Assembly: GCA_964016885.1 (NCBI GenBank)
Contig: OZ024748.1
Location: 44,206,001 to 44,270,000 of the forward strand
DNA: 64,000 nucleotides
From: Eledone cirrhosa
Lineage: Eukaryota
Direction of reading: 5' to 3'
Of this stretch, positions 25,793 to 40,392 are shown in pieces. Position numbers and translations under genes: made by a program. A model generated the notes under the pieces. It was not told the origin of the DNA and did no database searches. It saw nothing but the letters and a program-made list of their open reading frames with translations. Each line of letters opens with the position of its first letter. Within the stretch, counting starts at the first letter, position 1.

Positions 25793-27134
25793 ACACCCAC
25801 ACATACATATGTGTGTGTGTATGAATTTATATATGTGTATAAGAACATACACACACAGTTATACACTGAAAACAAAAGCAAAACAAAACTAGAGAGAAAG
25901 ACAGAAAGAAAGAAGGGAAGGGAGAGAGAAAGAAGGAAAAGGAAGGAAGGAAAGAAGGAAAGAAAGGGAGAAAAGTGTTCAATCAATAGTTAGACTTTTA
26001 GAAAGGATGTGTTGCTAGTATTTTAATCGATACGAAGGTGTACAGGAAGTTGAATGTGGTAGTGGTGGTGGTGGTGGTGGTGGTGGTGGTGGTGGTGGTG
26101 GTGGTGTTGGTGGTGGTGGTGGTGGTAGTGGTGGTGGTGGTGGTGGTGGTGGTAGTGGTGGTGGTGGTGGTGGTGGTGGTGGTGGTGTTGGTGGTGGTGG
26201 TGTTGGTGGTGGTGGTGGTGGTGGTGGTGGTGGTGGTGGTGGTGGTGGTGGTGGTGGTGTTGGTGGTGGTGGTGGTGGTAGTGGTGGTGGTGGTGGTGGT
26301 GGTGGTAGTGGTGGTGGTAGTGGTGGTGGTGGTGGTGGTAGTGGTGGTGGTGGTGGTGGTGGTGGTAGCAGTGGTGGTGGTGGTGGTGGTGGTAGTGGTG
26401 GTGGTGGTAGCAGTGGTGGTGGTGGTGGTGGTGGTAGCAGTGGTGGTGGTGGTGGTGGTGGTAGTGGTGGTGGTGGTGGTGGTGGTGGTAGTGGTGGTGG
26501 TGGTGGTGGTGGTAGCAGTGGTGGTGGTGGTGGTAGTGGTGGTGGTAGTGGTGGTGGTGGTAGTGGTGTTGGTGGTGGTGGTATCAGTGGTGGTGGTGGT
26601 GGTGGTGGTGGTGGTAGTGGTGGTGGTAGTGGTGGTGGTGGTGGTGGTAGTACTAGTAGTAGTAGTGGTGGTGGTAGTGGTGGTGTTGGTAGTGGTAGTG
26701 GTTGTGTGGAAGGTGGTGGTGGTAGTCAGGAAGGAAGGTAGTAGTGGTGGCGGTGGTAGTGATAGTGGTAGTTGTGGGTGGGTGGAAGGTGGTGGTGGTG
26801 GTAAGGAAGGTAGTAGTGATGGTGGTGGGGGTCGGATATAGAGGCATGTATCTGCTTGTGTATGTGTGTGTGTATGTATGTCTGTATGTGTGTGTGTGTG
26901 TGTATGTATGTCTGTGTGTGTGTGTGTGTCTGTATGTGTTTGTATGTATGCATGTCTATGTATGTGTCTGTATGTGTATGTATGTATACATTCTTTATTA
27001 AATGTTTGAGTCTTCAGTTAGACTGTGTCTATATATATATAAGATGTCTAAATACTAAGACTGACTGATGAAAATCCAGTGACTGAATCTGTCTTTATCT
27101 TGAGATAGCAGAAATGACATGACCAGGGGATAAA

Positions 27135-27745
27135 TTAAACTTGTGGTTGAAATTTAAGATCTTGACTGAGTTAACTTGAGGTTTAAATTTAAACTTGTGG
27201 TTTAAATTTAAACTTGTGGTTTAAATTTAAACTTGTGATTTAAATTTAAACTTGTGGTTTAAATTTAAACTTGTGATTTAAATTTAAACTTGTGATTTAA
27301 ATTTAAACTTGCAGTTTAAATTTAAACTTGTGGTTTAAATTTAAACTTGTTCTTCAAATTTAAACTTGTGGTTCAAATTTAAACTTGTTCTTCAAATTTA
27401 AACTTGTGGTTTAAATTTAAACTTGTTCTTCAAATTTAAACTTGTGGTTTAAATTTAAACTTGTTCTTCAAATTTAAACTTGTGGTTCAAATTTAAACTT
27501 GTTCTTCAAATTTAAACTTGTGGTTTAAATTTAAACTTGTTCTTCAAATTTAAACTTGTGGTTTAAATTTAAACTTGTTCTTCAAATTTAAACTTGTGGT
27601 TTAAATTTAAACTTGTTCTTCAAATTTAAACTTGAGGTTTAAATTTAAACTTGTGGTTTAAATTTAAACTTGAGGTTCAAATTTAAGATCTTGATTGAGG
27701 AAACTTGTGGTTCAAATTTAAGATATTTATTGAGGGAAACTTTGG
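27135..27745. repeat. 19-bp minisatellite with palindromic TTTAAATTTAAA core and a 38-bp dimeric higher order
   Basis: AAACTTGTGGTTTAAATTT alternates with AAACTTGTTCTTCAAATTT over ~27325-27630. Confidence 0.92.
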
Positions 27746-27799
27746 TTAAATGGTGGTGCCCCAGCATGACCTCAGCCTGTTGGTTGGAACATGTAATAA

Positions 27800-28390
27800 A
27801 GGCATTCCAGTTAGATTAATCGAGAGAGAAACTGGGTTTAAGCGGAATCCAAAGTGGTGTGCGGGAGAGAAGATTGTGTTGGTACAGACATGTAATGTGT
27901 ATGGATGCTGGGTGAAGAAGTGCCAGGAAATCCCAGTGGTAGGAAACCACAGTAGAGCTAGACCAAGAAAGATCTTTACATTGCACATCCAAGAGAGCAT
28001 GGTTGCTTCATTTCTCTCCAGTCTACACATGTCCTCTGCAATCACAGCCCATGTTTCACTACCGTGCAGCATTGCACTTTGCACACAGGCATCATACAGC
28101 CATTTGTCTGTAGGGAGAAACTTTTTGTTGTCAACAGTGGGAGCAGCCCATTAAACTTTTTCCATCCTATCCTTACTCTGGCTATTATGCTGTCAGAACA
28201 CCCTCCTCCGCTGCTAATTAAGTCACCTAGATAGCAGACTATCCACCACTTTTATGGCCCCATGGACCCTTCTTGTGACTTGAAAAGATTTATATCACTG
28301 ATGCTCTTCCCCTCAATTACCCCTGTGCATCTTCTGCAAACAAGTTAGTCTACTCATTATACCACTACGTATCTTGTGTACCCAAGATTT
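27800..28390 (-). mobile_element. RTE-clade LINE fragment with internal inversion
   Basis: Minus strand: VQSAMLHGSETWAVIAEDMCRLERNEATMLSWMCNV. The downstream motifs REKLGLSGIQ..RRLCWYRHV..CWVKKC..RARPRK lie on the plus strand at 27815-27973. Confidence 0.78.
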
Positions 28391-28634
28391 ACATTGTGTA
28401 CACTATATTGAGTTTATGCCTACCCCTTTTCTACGCAATGGACAGGGTCTGTTGGGGTAGGGCTGATCTGGGGCTAAAACAATACTTTTGCCCACAAGTC
28501 TGTCAGGTCAAGGCTGATCTGGGGCTAAACTATAGTTTTGACCACAAGTCTGTCAGGTCAGAGTTGACCTGGGGCTAAACTATAGTTTTGACCATATGTC
28601 TATTAGGTTAGAGTTGACTTGGGGCTAAACAACA

Positions 28635-28850
28635 TAACCCTAACTCTAACACTAACTTAATCCTAACCCCAACTATACCCCTAACCCTCTAACCCCAACA
28701 CCAACCCCTAACCTTAATCCTAACCCTAACCTTAACCCTAACCCTAACCTTAACACTAACCCTACCCTAACCCCCAACCCTAATCCTAACCCTAACCCCA
28801 ACTCTAACCCTAACCCCAACCCTACCCCTAACCCCAACCCTAACCCCTTA
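28635..28850. repeat. Degenerate interstitial (TAACCC)n telomere-like tract
   Basis: ~35 hexamer units with variants; preceded by four ~51-bp tandem repeats (28460-28630). Confidence 0.8.
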
Positions 28851-29249
28851 CGCAATGTGAGCTTACCTGATGTTAAACAATAACAGCATAGATGGTCAAG
28901 TTAAATGTGTTGACCAGATGAGAGTCAGTTGGTTGTGGAATATCTTAGCAACTTGGACATGTTGGTTGATACAACAACAACAACACCAGAAAACAAGAGC
29001 AAAACCTGAAGGGGACCTCTCCCTCTACTTCAATACTCTCCTCTCTCTCTCTCTCCCTCTTCTTCAATACCCTCCTCTCTCTCTCTCTCTCCCTCTTCTT
29101 CAATACCCTCCTCCCCCTCTTTCTCACTGTCCCTCTCTCCCTCTTTCTCACTGTCCCTCTCTTTCCTTCTCTGGATGAAATCAGCTGGGGTCAGACCTGG
29201 CTAGGAGTGGGGGAGGGTTTCCTTCACTGACACTATGGTACCCCACACA

Positions 29250-29344
29250 CCACACATACCTCCACACACACACACATACCCACACACACACTACAATACA
29301 TCACATACCCCCTCCCCACCCACACACTTACACACATTCCTACA

Positions 29345-29381
<37 letters not shown>

Positions 29382-30040
29382 CACATACCTCCACACACAC
29401 ACCACACATACCTCCACACACACAGCACACATACCTCCACACACACACACGTACACACCACACATACCTCCACACACACACACACACACACCACACACAC
29501 CTCCACACACACACATACACATACCCTGATGACACACATACTCATACATACAAACATATACCTAAACACACGCATACACACACACATACACATATGCCTT
29601 CACACACATATCACACACACACACACACACCACACATACCTCCACACACACACATACCTCCACACACACACACACGCATACACACCACACATACCTCCAC
29701 ACACACACACACACACACCACACACACCTCCACACACACACATACACATACCCTGATGACACACATACTCATACATACAAACATATACCTAAACACACGC
29801 ATACACACACACATACACATATGCCTTCACACACATATCACACACACACACACACACCACACATACCTCCACACACACACATACCTCCACACACACACAC
29901 ACGCATACACACCACACATACCTCCACACACACACACACACCACACATACCTCCACACACACATACACACACACACATACCCCGATGACACACATACTCA
30001 TACATACACACATACACCACCACACATACACACATACGTT
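29250..30040. repeat. CA-rich array with ~227-bp higher-order duplication
   Basis: CCCTGATGACACACATACTC at 29524 and 29751, with a variant at ~29980. Confidence 0.85.
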
Positions 30041-30469
30041 TACCCCGCCCCCCACTATATTTAATGTGGAGGTTGATAAAGAAATAAAAATATTTAAAAA
30101 AAAATACCATAAAATAAAAATACAATAAAAATACAAAAAACACAAAATCAACTAAAAACTGAAATAAATCCCGATGTGATTCTTGATTGATTTGATTCGA
30201 TCTCAGAATCGATAGAATTACCAAATTATGTAACAACTTCTCTGTTATCCTGTTGATTGAATAATTTGGGGAGCGGCGGTGGTGGGGTGGTGGTGGTGGG
30301 GGGGTGGGGTGGTTTGGTGGTGGTTTGGTGGTCGTGGGGTGGCGGTGTAGGGGTGGTGAGGTGGTGGTGGTGGAGGGGAGTTATTTGTATTTTATTTACA
30401 AGAGTGTTGTTTGTTGTTTGTTGTTGTTTGTACACCAGGAATAGTTCAGGTAGAGTCTGGTGGAGTTAC

Positions 30470-32410
30470 CGCCGTCACCACCACCACTACCACCACCACT
30501 GTCACCACTAACACTACTACCACCACTACTAACACTACCACTACCACCACTACCGCCACTGTCACCACTACCACTACCACCACCACCACTACCGCCACTG
30601 TCACCACTACCACTACCACCACCACCACTACCGCCACTGTCACCACTAACACTACTACCACCACTACTAACACTACCACCACCACCACTACCACCACTGT
30701 CACCACTACCACTACTACCACCACTACTAACACTACCACCACTACCACCACCACCACCACCACTACCACCACTGTCACCACTACCACTACTACCACCACC
30801 ACTACCACCACTACCACTACTACCACCACTAACACTACTACCACCACCACCACCACCACTGTCACCACTACCACTACCACCACCACCACTACCGCCACTG
30901 TCACCACTACCACTACCACCACCACCACTACCGCCACTGTCACCACTACCACTACCACCACCACCACTACCGCCACTGTCACCACTACCACTACCACCAC
31001 CACCACTACCGCCACTGTCACCACTACCACTACTACCACCACCACTAACACTACCACCACCACCACTGTCACCACTACCACTACCACCACCACCACTACC
31101 GCCACTGTCACCACTAACACTACTACCACCACCACTAACACTACCACCACCACCACTACCGCCACTGTCACCACTACCACTACCACCACCACCACTACCG
31201 CCACTGTCACCACTACCACTACTACCACCACCACTAACACTACCACCACCACCACTGTCACCACTACCACTACCACCACCACCACTACCGCCACTGTCAC
31301 CACTACCACTACTACCACCACTACTAACACTACCACCACCACCACTACCGCCACTGTCACCACTACCACTACCACCACCACCACTACCGCCACTGTCACC
31401 ACTACCACTACCACCACCACCACTACCGCCACTGTCACCACTAACACTACTACCACCACCACTAACACTACCACCACCACCACTACCGCCACTGTCACCA
31501 CTAACACTACTACCACCACCACTAACACTACCACCACCACCACTACCGCCACTGTCACCACTACCACTACTACCACCACTACTAACACTACCACCACCAC
31601 TACCACCACCACTGTCACCACTACCACTACCACTACCACCACTACCGCCACTGTCACCACTACCACTACTACCACCACTACTAACACTACCACCACCACC
31701 ACTACCGCCACTGTCACCACTACCACTACCACCACCGCCACTGTCACCACTACCACTACCACCACCACCACTACCGCCACTGTCACCACTACCACTACTA
31801 CCACCACTACTAACACTACCACCACTGTCACCACCACCACCACTACCACCACTACCACCACTACCACCACTACCACTACTACCACCACTGTCACCAATGT
31901 CACCACTAACCCTACTACCGCCACTACTACCACTACCACCACTAATGTCACCACTAACACTACCACAAACTAATACAACCACCACTACCACCCCACTGTC
32001 ATCAACACCAACACCACTAACACTACCACCACCGCTACTGTCACCACCACTACCACCGCCACTGTCACCAACACCACCACCACCCCACTGTCATCAACAC
32101 CCCTACCACCATCTCCGCCACCACTACCATTACCACTACCACCAACACTACTACCACCCCTGTCACCAACACCACAACTACTACCACCACTGCCATTACC
32201 ACAAGCATCTCCTCCGCCAGCATCACCACTACTACTAACATAACGAACACCACCGCCACCACTACCACGACTACTACCACCACCACCACCATAACGAACA
32301 CTACCATTAGCACCACGACTACTACTACTACCACTATCACGACGACGACTACAACTACTACTATAACGATCACAGCCCCCCCCCCCCCACCACTACTACT
32401 ACTACTACTG
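30470..32410. repeat. (CCA)n-derived minisatellite with 39/60-bp higher-order units
   Basis: Recurring CTACCGCCACTGTCACCACTA; explains the long Gly/Ser, Thr and Pro/Leu ORFs. Confidence 0.9.
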
Positions 32411-32492
32411 CAGCTGATGTTACTATATCTCAGATAAAGGATATCATCTTTTGCTACGGAGAGAAGGTACTGTATAGAAAAGTGTGTATATA

Positions 32493-32537
<45 letters not shown>

Positions 32538-32795
32538 CGATATATTAACAAATGGAAAGTATATTTATAAAAGCATATTTATTTATAAAACTGATCTATA
32601 TTATATTTTATCTGATGAAAGCACACCATAATTTAACTTGGTGTCCTTGAAATATGTATAATGAAATAAATATGGTTTTATAAATATAATTTCCATTTGT
32701 TAATATCGTATTTTTACTCCAATAATTTGTTGAGTGCTTTATATCAGTTATAAAAATATTTGCTTGTTGTATCCCAACAATTTAAATAGAACTTC

Positions 32796-32800
<5 letters not shown>
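32538..32800. mobile_element. Family C' HHR cassette with inverted arm
   Basis: CTGATGA 32612-32618; stem II AAGCACACCA/TGGTGTCCTT; GAAATATGTATA; inverted arm 32538-32585; (TA)n flanks; sister copy at 50982-51120. Confidence 0.8.
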
Positions 32801-32862
<62 letters not shown>

Positions 32863-33124
32863 ATTACAACTGTGTGACCCCCCCCCCCCGCCGTTTTTTT
32901 TCATTTCACTTTCTTAATTCATCGACCGACCGATGTAAACTTTTTCATAAGATATGTTGCATCGGTAAGAATTAAAATTTGCTAAGAAAAAGAGGCGAGA
33001 AAACGAAAATATATATTAATTACTTTATATTAACACAGGAAAATATTTAACAAACCAATTAAGATTAATTAGTTCACGAGAATTTTATTATCTGTCTGTC
33101 TGTTTATCTCTCTATCTACCTGTT

Positions 33125-33174
<50 letters not shown>

Positions 33175-34914
33175 ACTAAAATTACAACTAAAGCGAAACT
33201 ATGTTTTCTTTTTTAATAATTTTTTCGATTCAATAAATAAAACATTACTTACATAGGGTTTTTTTTTTCTTAAGTTTTCCTTCGTTTATTTACAACAAAC
33301 GAAAATTATAATAAATTAATTAATCTAAATATTAATATTTACATCAGGCATTAAATAACATATAAAACTTATTTTAATAAACGTTTAGGATGGAAGCAGG
33401 ACGGTTACCTGTATGGGGTGGAAATAAAAAAAAAATGTACTAATTTCTAGTCAGGCCCGGATATTTTAAACTCGAGGAATGTTTTCTCATCCAACACCGA
33501 TTTCGATTCTCCTTCCTAGACGAAGCAGGCAGGTAAGTGATGCTATTATTAAGTTACACTTTTTTCATCCATAATAGGTTGCTTGCTTCACCATCAAAAT
33601 ATACACCACGGCTCCCACTTCTCAGACAGGGGAAGAACTCCCCCCCCCCCCCTACAATCTTTTTATTGTTGATGTTGTTGTTGTTTCGTTTTTTTTTTAC
33701 CTTTAATAATTAGTTGTGGGTCGGTTGTTGTGATATCTCTCTTGGCTTACCAACGTACAGTGGTGGTGGTGGGGAACCAACGTACAGTGGTGGTGGTGGT
33801 GGGGAACCAACGTACAGTGGTCGTGGTGATGGTGGTGGGGAAGCAACGTACAGTGGTGGTGGTGGTAGTGGTGGGGAAATAGAGGAAAGAGAAACAACGA
33901 TCCAATTAATTTTCTTGGTATCATCATCATCATCATCGTAATCATGATCATCATCAACCTCATCGTAATCAACGCATTATCATCAACATTATCGTAATCA
34001 TCATCATCAACACCATTATCGTCATCACCATCATCATAATCATCACCATCATCGTCATCACCATCATCATCATCATCGTAATCAACACACCATCATCATC
34101 ATTATTATCAACACACCACATCATCAACACATCACCGCCATCATCATCATCTCCATTACCATCATCACCATCTCCATCAACACATCACCATCATCACCGC
34201 CATTGCTATCATCATCAGCACCATCAACATCATCGCCATTGCTATCATCATCACCATCAACATCAGTTGTGTACGCCGTACAATAGAGGTAAACTGCCCC
34301 GGCGTGTCGAATTATTTGGTCCGGTTTCGATTCCCGGTTCTAGCCATTAGTTAGACTTCATCATTCTTTTTCTTTCATTGCTAACCTTATCCAATCTTAT
34401 GTCTTCTTCCATCTATAAATCTTAAGACGTATTTCTCGTCATAAGAAATTGACGATCTTTATAATTGAGACTACATTAAAAAAACAACAACAAAAACAGT
34501 AGCCATATTGTCTTAAACGAAGAAAAAACCCCTAACAAACACATACATACAAACAGACTCGACATTAATCTATCGTAATGTTAGTCTGACGGACGATGCT
34601 GAATTTTCATGTCAATTAATACAGTATTCTTAATTACACCTATATATATTTCACCTGTATACAACGTACGATTCAGGTGTTCTCCTCATATAGAATCACC
34701 CCACTTCATAATCGTCATTGCTTTATTTTCGTTCGCTTCTTTTTTCTGTGTTGCTCCCCCCCTCTCTCCACCAATATTTTGATGGTTAAAGAGAAGAAAA
34801 TTAAATATATATATAGTGATATATCATTTTATTTTGTAATGATAGCGAACCTGTAACACACACACACACACATATATGAGAGTGTAACACACACACACAC
34901 ACATATATATATAT

Positions 34915-34948
<34 letters not shown>

Positions 34949-35901
34949 TGTCAAGAGAGTTTAATATATATATATATATATATACATATACACACACACA
35001 CACATCGATCTATATCTCCTCGTTCCGTGAGAGAAATCTGCCCGCTGCATCCATTTATCATTGCTAGCTTTTTTCTTCTCTCACTCTCTCTTCTTTTTTT
35101 TTTTTAAACACACACACACTCAAGAGAACTACAGTAACTGAGCGATTTTTCAATAAATGTTACGGTTGAAAAAATACAAAAAAACAGCAACAAACCAAAT
35201 TACTATGACCCCCACGTTGGCAGCCATCGACAGGTATATATATATATATAGGTATATATATATATACCTATATATACGATAAACAGTTTTTTTGTATCGT
35301 TAATCAACTTCTGTAATTAGTTTATTTGTGAGTGTTATCAATCTCTCTCTCTCTCTCTCACCCTCTCTCTCTTTCACACCCTCTCTCTCTTTCACTCTCT
35401 CTAACGGTACACACACTTCCTGTTTTTATTTCAACATGGCTGACTGGTAATTAAAGGTAAACCTGCAGGTACTTGCAAATAACTCAACACACACAATCAT
35501 ATTACAGGTTAGTTCAACGAAACTATATACATTCACAGTTTGTCAAAGCTGATATTTTTCCTCTTCTTTAAAACAAAACCAAACAATTTATGCTTTATTT
35601 CATCACATTTCCTTAATATCTCAATTTTATAATGAATCGAAGTTACTTTTCCTCGTTCGTTTGTTATTTTTTTTCCAGAATATTTTCTCATCATTTTCGT
35701 TTGTTGCATTTAATAATAATAATTTCATCATGGCTATTTAATATGCACATGCATCACATTTGCACACGTATGAACGATGTGCATAAATTGTTAGCTGTAA
35801 TCTGTGTGCATAGACTAATTATATACACACCACACACGCACTTGCATGCACGCGTGCATCCTATATGCGTGCATCCGTTGTTCTTACGTAATATACATAC
35901 A

Positions 35902-35951
<50 letters not shown>

Positions 35952-36128
35952 TATATATTATATATACATGTGTATATATATATGTATACAGTTCAGTTTC
36001 ACTTGTCTTACGTGCAGTCTATTTTCTTTGCTCAATATTTTGTCATCCTTCTTTCTTCTTTCAATCTCTTTCGTATTTTCCCAAACTTCAAAAAAGTTAT
36101 ATCTTCAACGAAACGCTATTGTATACAC

Positions 36129-36206
<78 letters not shown>

Positions 36207-36216
36207 TGTTTATCTT

Positions 36217-36320
36217 TGGTTCAAACGGGGGTAACCACAGTAAGGTACTCAATACATAGCAGATTGATGATTTCTTTCGAATGAAACAGTTCTAGTCCTG
36301 TAGAAGACATTTCTATATTA
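36217..36320. mobile_element. Family A cassette, inverted with deletion
   Basis: A minus-strand 3' terminus is joined to plus-strand TTGATGATTTCTTTCGAATGAAACAGTTCTAGTCCTGTAG. Confidence 0.75.
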
Positions 36321-36370
36321 TATATATATATACACACATATAGAGGGTCTCCTATTATATATCTCTCTAT

Positions 36371-36402
<32 letters not shown>

Positions 36403-36507
36403 TATAGAGGGTCTCCCCTCAAATATGTATCCACATGTATCCAATTGAATGCTGTTGAAGTGTATACATTTTTTAGGACTCCCTGTATGTATATATTTGT
36501 GTGTACG

Positions 36508-36586
<79 letters not shown>

Positions 36587-36613
36587 GTGTGTATATATAT
36601 ATATGTATATGTG

Positions 36614-36645
<32 letters not shown>

Positions 36646-36858
36646 TGCATGTGTATGTATGTATGTGTATATGTACATGCATGTGTGTATGTATATATAT
36701 GCATGTGTATATGTATATATGCACGTGTGTGTATATGTATATATGCATGTGTATGTATATGTATATATGCATGTGTGCATTTGTGTGTATGTATATGTAT
36801 ATATGCATGTGTGCATTTGTGTGTATATATATATGCATGTGCATGTATATATATATGC

Positions 36859-36890
<32 letters not shown>

Positions 36891-38019
36891 GCATGTGTGT
36901 ATGTATATATATATGTGTATACGTTCACACACATATTTACGGCTGGTATTCACCACGTGGAATATGGCAAAGGTTTGTTTCTTTGCCAACAAATTCCTCT
37001 GATCTAACTCTATACTTCTACTCCTACACATCTCTCTCTTACACACACATCTCTCTTACACACACACACATCTCTCTTACACACACATCTCTCTTACACA
37101 CACACACATCTCTCTTACACACACACATCTCTCTCTTACACGCACATCTCTCTTACACACACATCTCTCTTACACACACACACACATTTCTCTCTTACAC
37201 ACACATCTCTCTTACACACACACATCTCTCTCTTACACACACATCTCTCTCGTACACACACATCTCTCTTACACACATCTCTCTCTTACACACACACACA
37301 TTCTCTCTCACACACACATCTCTCTTACACACACATCTCTCTCTTCCACACACATCTCTCTCTTACACACACCCATCTCTCTTACACACACAAACATCTC
37401 TCTCTTACACACACACATCTCTCTCTTACACACACATCTCTCTCTTACATACACACATCTCTCTCTTACACACACATCTCTCTCTTACACACACACATCT
37501 CTCTCTTACACACACACATTCTCTCTCACAACACATCTCTCTCTTCCACACACATCTCTCTCTTACACACCCATCTCTCTTACACACACACATCTCTCTC
37601 TTACACATACACATTCTCTCTTACACACACATCTCTCTTACACACACATCTCTCTTACACATACACATCTCTCTTACACACACATCTCTCTTACACACAC
37701 ACATCTCTCTCTTACACACACATCTCTCTCTCTTATACACATACACACATATCTGTCTCATACACACACACATGGTCACATATACATACATATACACATC
37801 TCTCATACATACACATGGTCACATTTCTCTCTCTCTCTCACATATACATACACACACATCGTCCCATCTCTCTCTCTCACATATACATACACACACATCG
37901 TCCCATCTCTCTCTCACATATACATACACACACATCGTCCCATCTCTCTCTCTCATATACATACACACACATCGTCCCATCTCTCTCTCTTTCTCCCTTA
38001 CACCCACACACACTCCCTC

Positions 38020-38057
<38 letters not shown>

Positions 38058-38246
38058 TCGCTATAAAAAAGGAACATTTCTGTAATGTCATATTGTTCTC
38101 AGTGTGCCCCCTTTTATTTTTATTTCAAACAAATAAAAGGAAAGAAAAGAAATGTGTAGCTATTTTTAATGTTACCTGTCTGTCTGATCTCATTCGTACG
38201 TGTACCTGTAAATTTTAAAACCTGTGTATTTGTGCAGACAGATGTA

Positions 38247-38290
<44 letters not shown>

Positions 38291-38524
38291 CGAAGGAATT
38301 GTGGTAAGGAACCAGATGGACCATAACGCACCAGAGTACTCAATACTTAGGGTAGTAGAGTGGGTAATAGGAAAAAGTATGTGGTCATACTTTTCCCTAT
38401 ATATATATTTAAAGGTTAAACAAGGTTCGATGAATAAATCCAAGAATTAGTTTTACAACAGATTGGAAGCACTCAACAGGAAAGGTTTTCCGGAGTTATT
38501 AATATTCATTCAAAATATTTTGAA

Positions 38525-38563
<39 letters not shown>

Positions 38564-38717
38564 GAAAAGTATAGAAATTATTGTAGCAAGAAGCCAACAG
38601 TATTCCATAATATATATATATATGCATTTGTGCTATTTTTTGGTGTGCATGTATGTATATTATATGTATATATAATATATACAAACACATGCACACATAT
38701 ATATCATGTATATACAG

Positions 38718-38749
<32 letters not shown>

Positions 38750-38751
38750 AG

Positions 38752-38867
38752 TCCCGGGTTCAGTCGGAGGTAATCACATTGTTACTGCATTAGAATAGTA
38801 GAGTGTAAACAACAAATTTAATATAGAAATGGCTTCTACAGGACTAGAACTGTTTCATTCGAAGGAA

Positions 38868-38873
<6 letters not shown>
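38752..38873 (-). mobile_element. Family A cassette, single arm truncated within the HHR core
   Basis: The plus-strand sequence stops at ...GAAATCATC and runs into (TC)n. Confidence 0.7.
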
Positions 38874-38936
<63 letters not shown>

Positions 38937-38954
38937 CTATATATATATATATAT

Positions 38955-39322
38955 ATAATATTAATTCAAAATATTAATAAATGAAGACGTTCACATAATC
39001 AAAATATATTTTATTATATATATTTCGGAGGTACTGTGCTGTTTTTTCAGTACGTCCTCATCAGATAAAATACATAAATTGATGTATGACATACCTCAAC
39101 TGTGCTGATAGTTCAATTCCAGTCTTGGCAGTCAGTATAAAAAACAGCACAGTACCTCCGAAATATATATAATAAAATATATTTTGATTACATGAATGTC
39201 TATATTTATTAATATTTTGAATTAATATTAATAACTCCAGAAAACTTTCTTGTTGAGTGCTTCTAATCTATTGTAAAACTATATTAATTGATTAATCAAT
39301 GAACCTTGTTTAACTTTTGGTT
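38955..39322. mobile_element. Family C fold-back cassette
   Basis: Minus-strand HHR (TCATCAG 39058-39064); the plus arm restarts in the stem II loop at ~39139 and runs to the 3' end; other family C copies at 40445-40660 and 42400-42610. Confidence 0.8.
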
Positions 39323-39868
39323 ATATATATATATATATATTATGTATGTGGAGCTGCACAGATTTTTCGGGCAAAACTGGCCGACAAGAGACCCAGTGGT
39401 AGACCCCGAGCAAATGGTTGGATTACATCCATAAGATCGGCTGGTCTCGTTTGGGGACCCACTAGAAGGAGTGTTTGAGTACTCTGTCCCCACGAGGGTG
39501 ATGGTTGGATATCATCCTTGAATTCGGCTGGTCTCGTTTGGGGACGGGTGTAAGTGTTTGAGGACTCTGTCCCCACATGACTCTCCCAAAAATAACTGGG
39601 CGAAGATGTATAATGGTCGAATGATTTAAAAGTTCCTTTCGACATCATTAAAGGTCTCGCGTGACATCTTGGGCTAAGGTCTGAATCTGTAAAGTGTACA
39701 TTCAAAGAAAAAGGCCAGCTTTATCACACCATTCGGTGTCATAACAAATCTCCCTGAAAAATTACGTTAGTGTGAAATACTCTGCCATTTGTCCGTTAAT
39801 TTCATGAGCAGGCTGTTCCCTTGATCAAACAACTGGAACACTCATCGTTGAAACTGACGGAGGTCCAT

Positions 39869-39902
<34 letters not shown>

Positions 39903-39907
<5 letters not shown>

Positions 39908-40357
39908 ATTAAATAAAAAACTATATTTATAAAACCATATTTATTTCATTATATATATTTCGGGGATATCATATTAACAATATGCTATGCCTTCATCAGA
40001 CAAAATACAATATAAACAGTTTTATAGATAAATATATTCGACATACCGTAATAAACATCAACTTCATTTGAAGAGGTTCACTCTAGCAGTAGAACCTCTT
40101 CAAATGAAGTTGATGTTTATTACGGTATGTCGAATATATTTATCTATAAAACTGTTTATATTGTATTTTGTCTGATGAAGGCATAGCATATTGTTAATAT
40201 GATATCCCCGAAATATATATAATGAAATAAATATGGTTTTATAAATATAGTTTTCCATTTATTTAATATTGTAAATATACTCCAAGTATTTGTCGAGTGC
40301 TTTTATATCAGTTATAAATATTTACTAGTTGTAACCCAACAATTTTAAATATAACTT

Positions 40358-40360
<3 letters not shown>
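39903..40360. mobile_element. Family C' fold-back cassette with ~175-bp near-perfect arms and two HHRs
   Basis: Centre ~40087; TCATCAG 39993-39999 and CTGATGA 40172-40178; (TA)n flanks. Confidence 0.85.

Positions 40361-40392
<32 letters not shown>

Noticed and set aside
29524-29770. CTGATGA motifs in the CA-rich array (also at 8469)
   Set aside because: No downstream GAAA or pairable stems; not hammerheads.
30396-32238. 500-590 aa ORFs (Gly/Ser-rich, Thr-rich mucin-like, Pro/Leu-rich)
   Set aside because: Open in several frames on both strands because the (CCA)n-derived repeat lacks stops; no signal peptide, unique domain or splice context.
34270-34350. GGTTTCGATTCCC B-box-like motif suggesting a tRNA
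   Set aside because: No convincing cloverleaf or A-box; at most a decayed SINE head.
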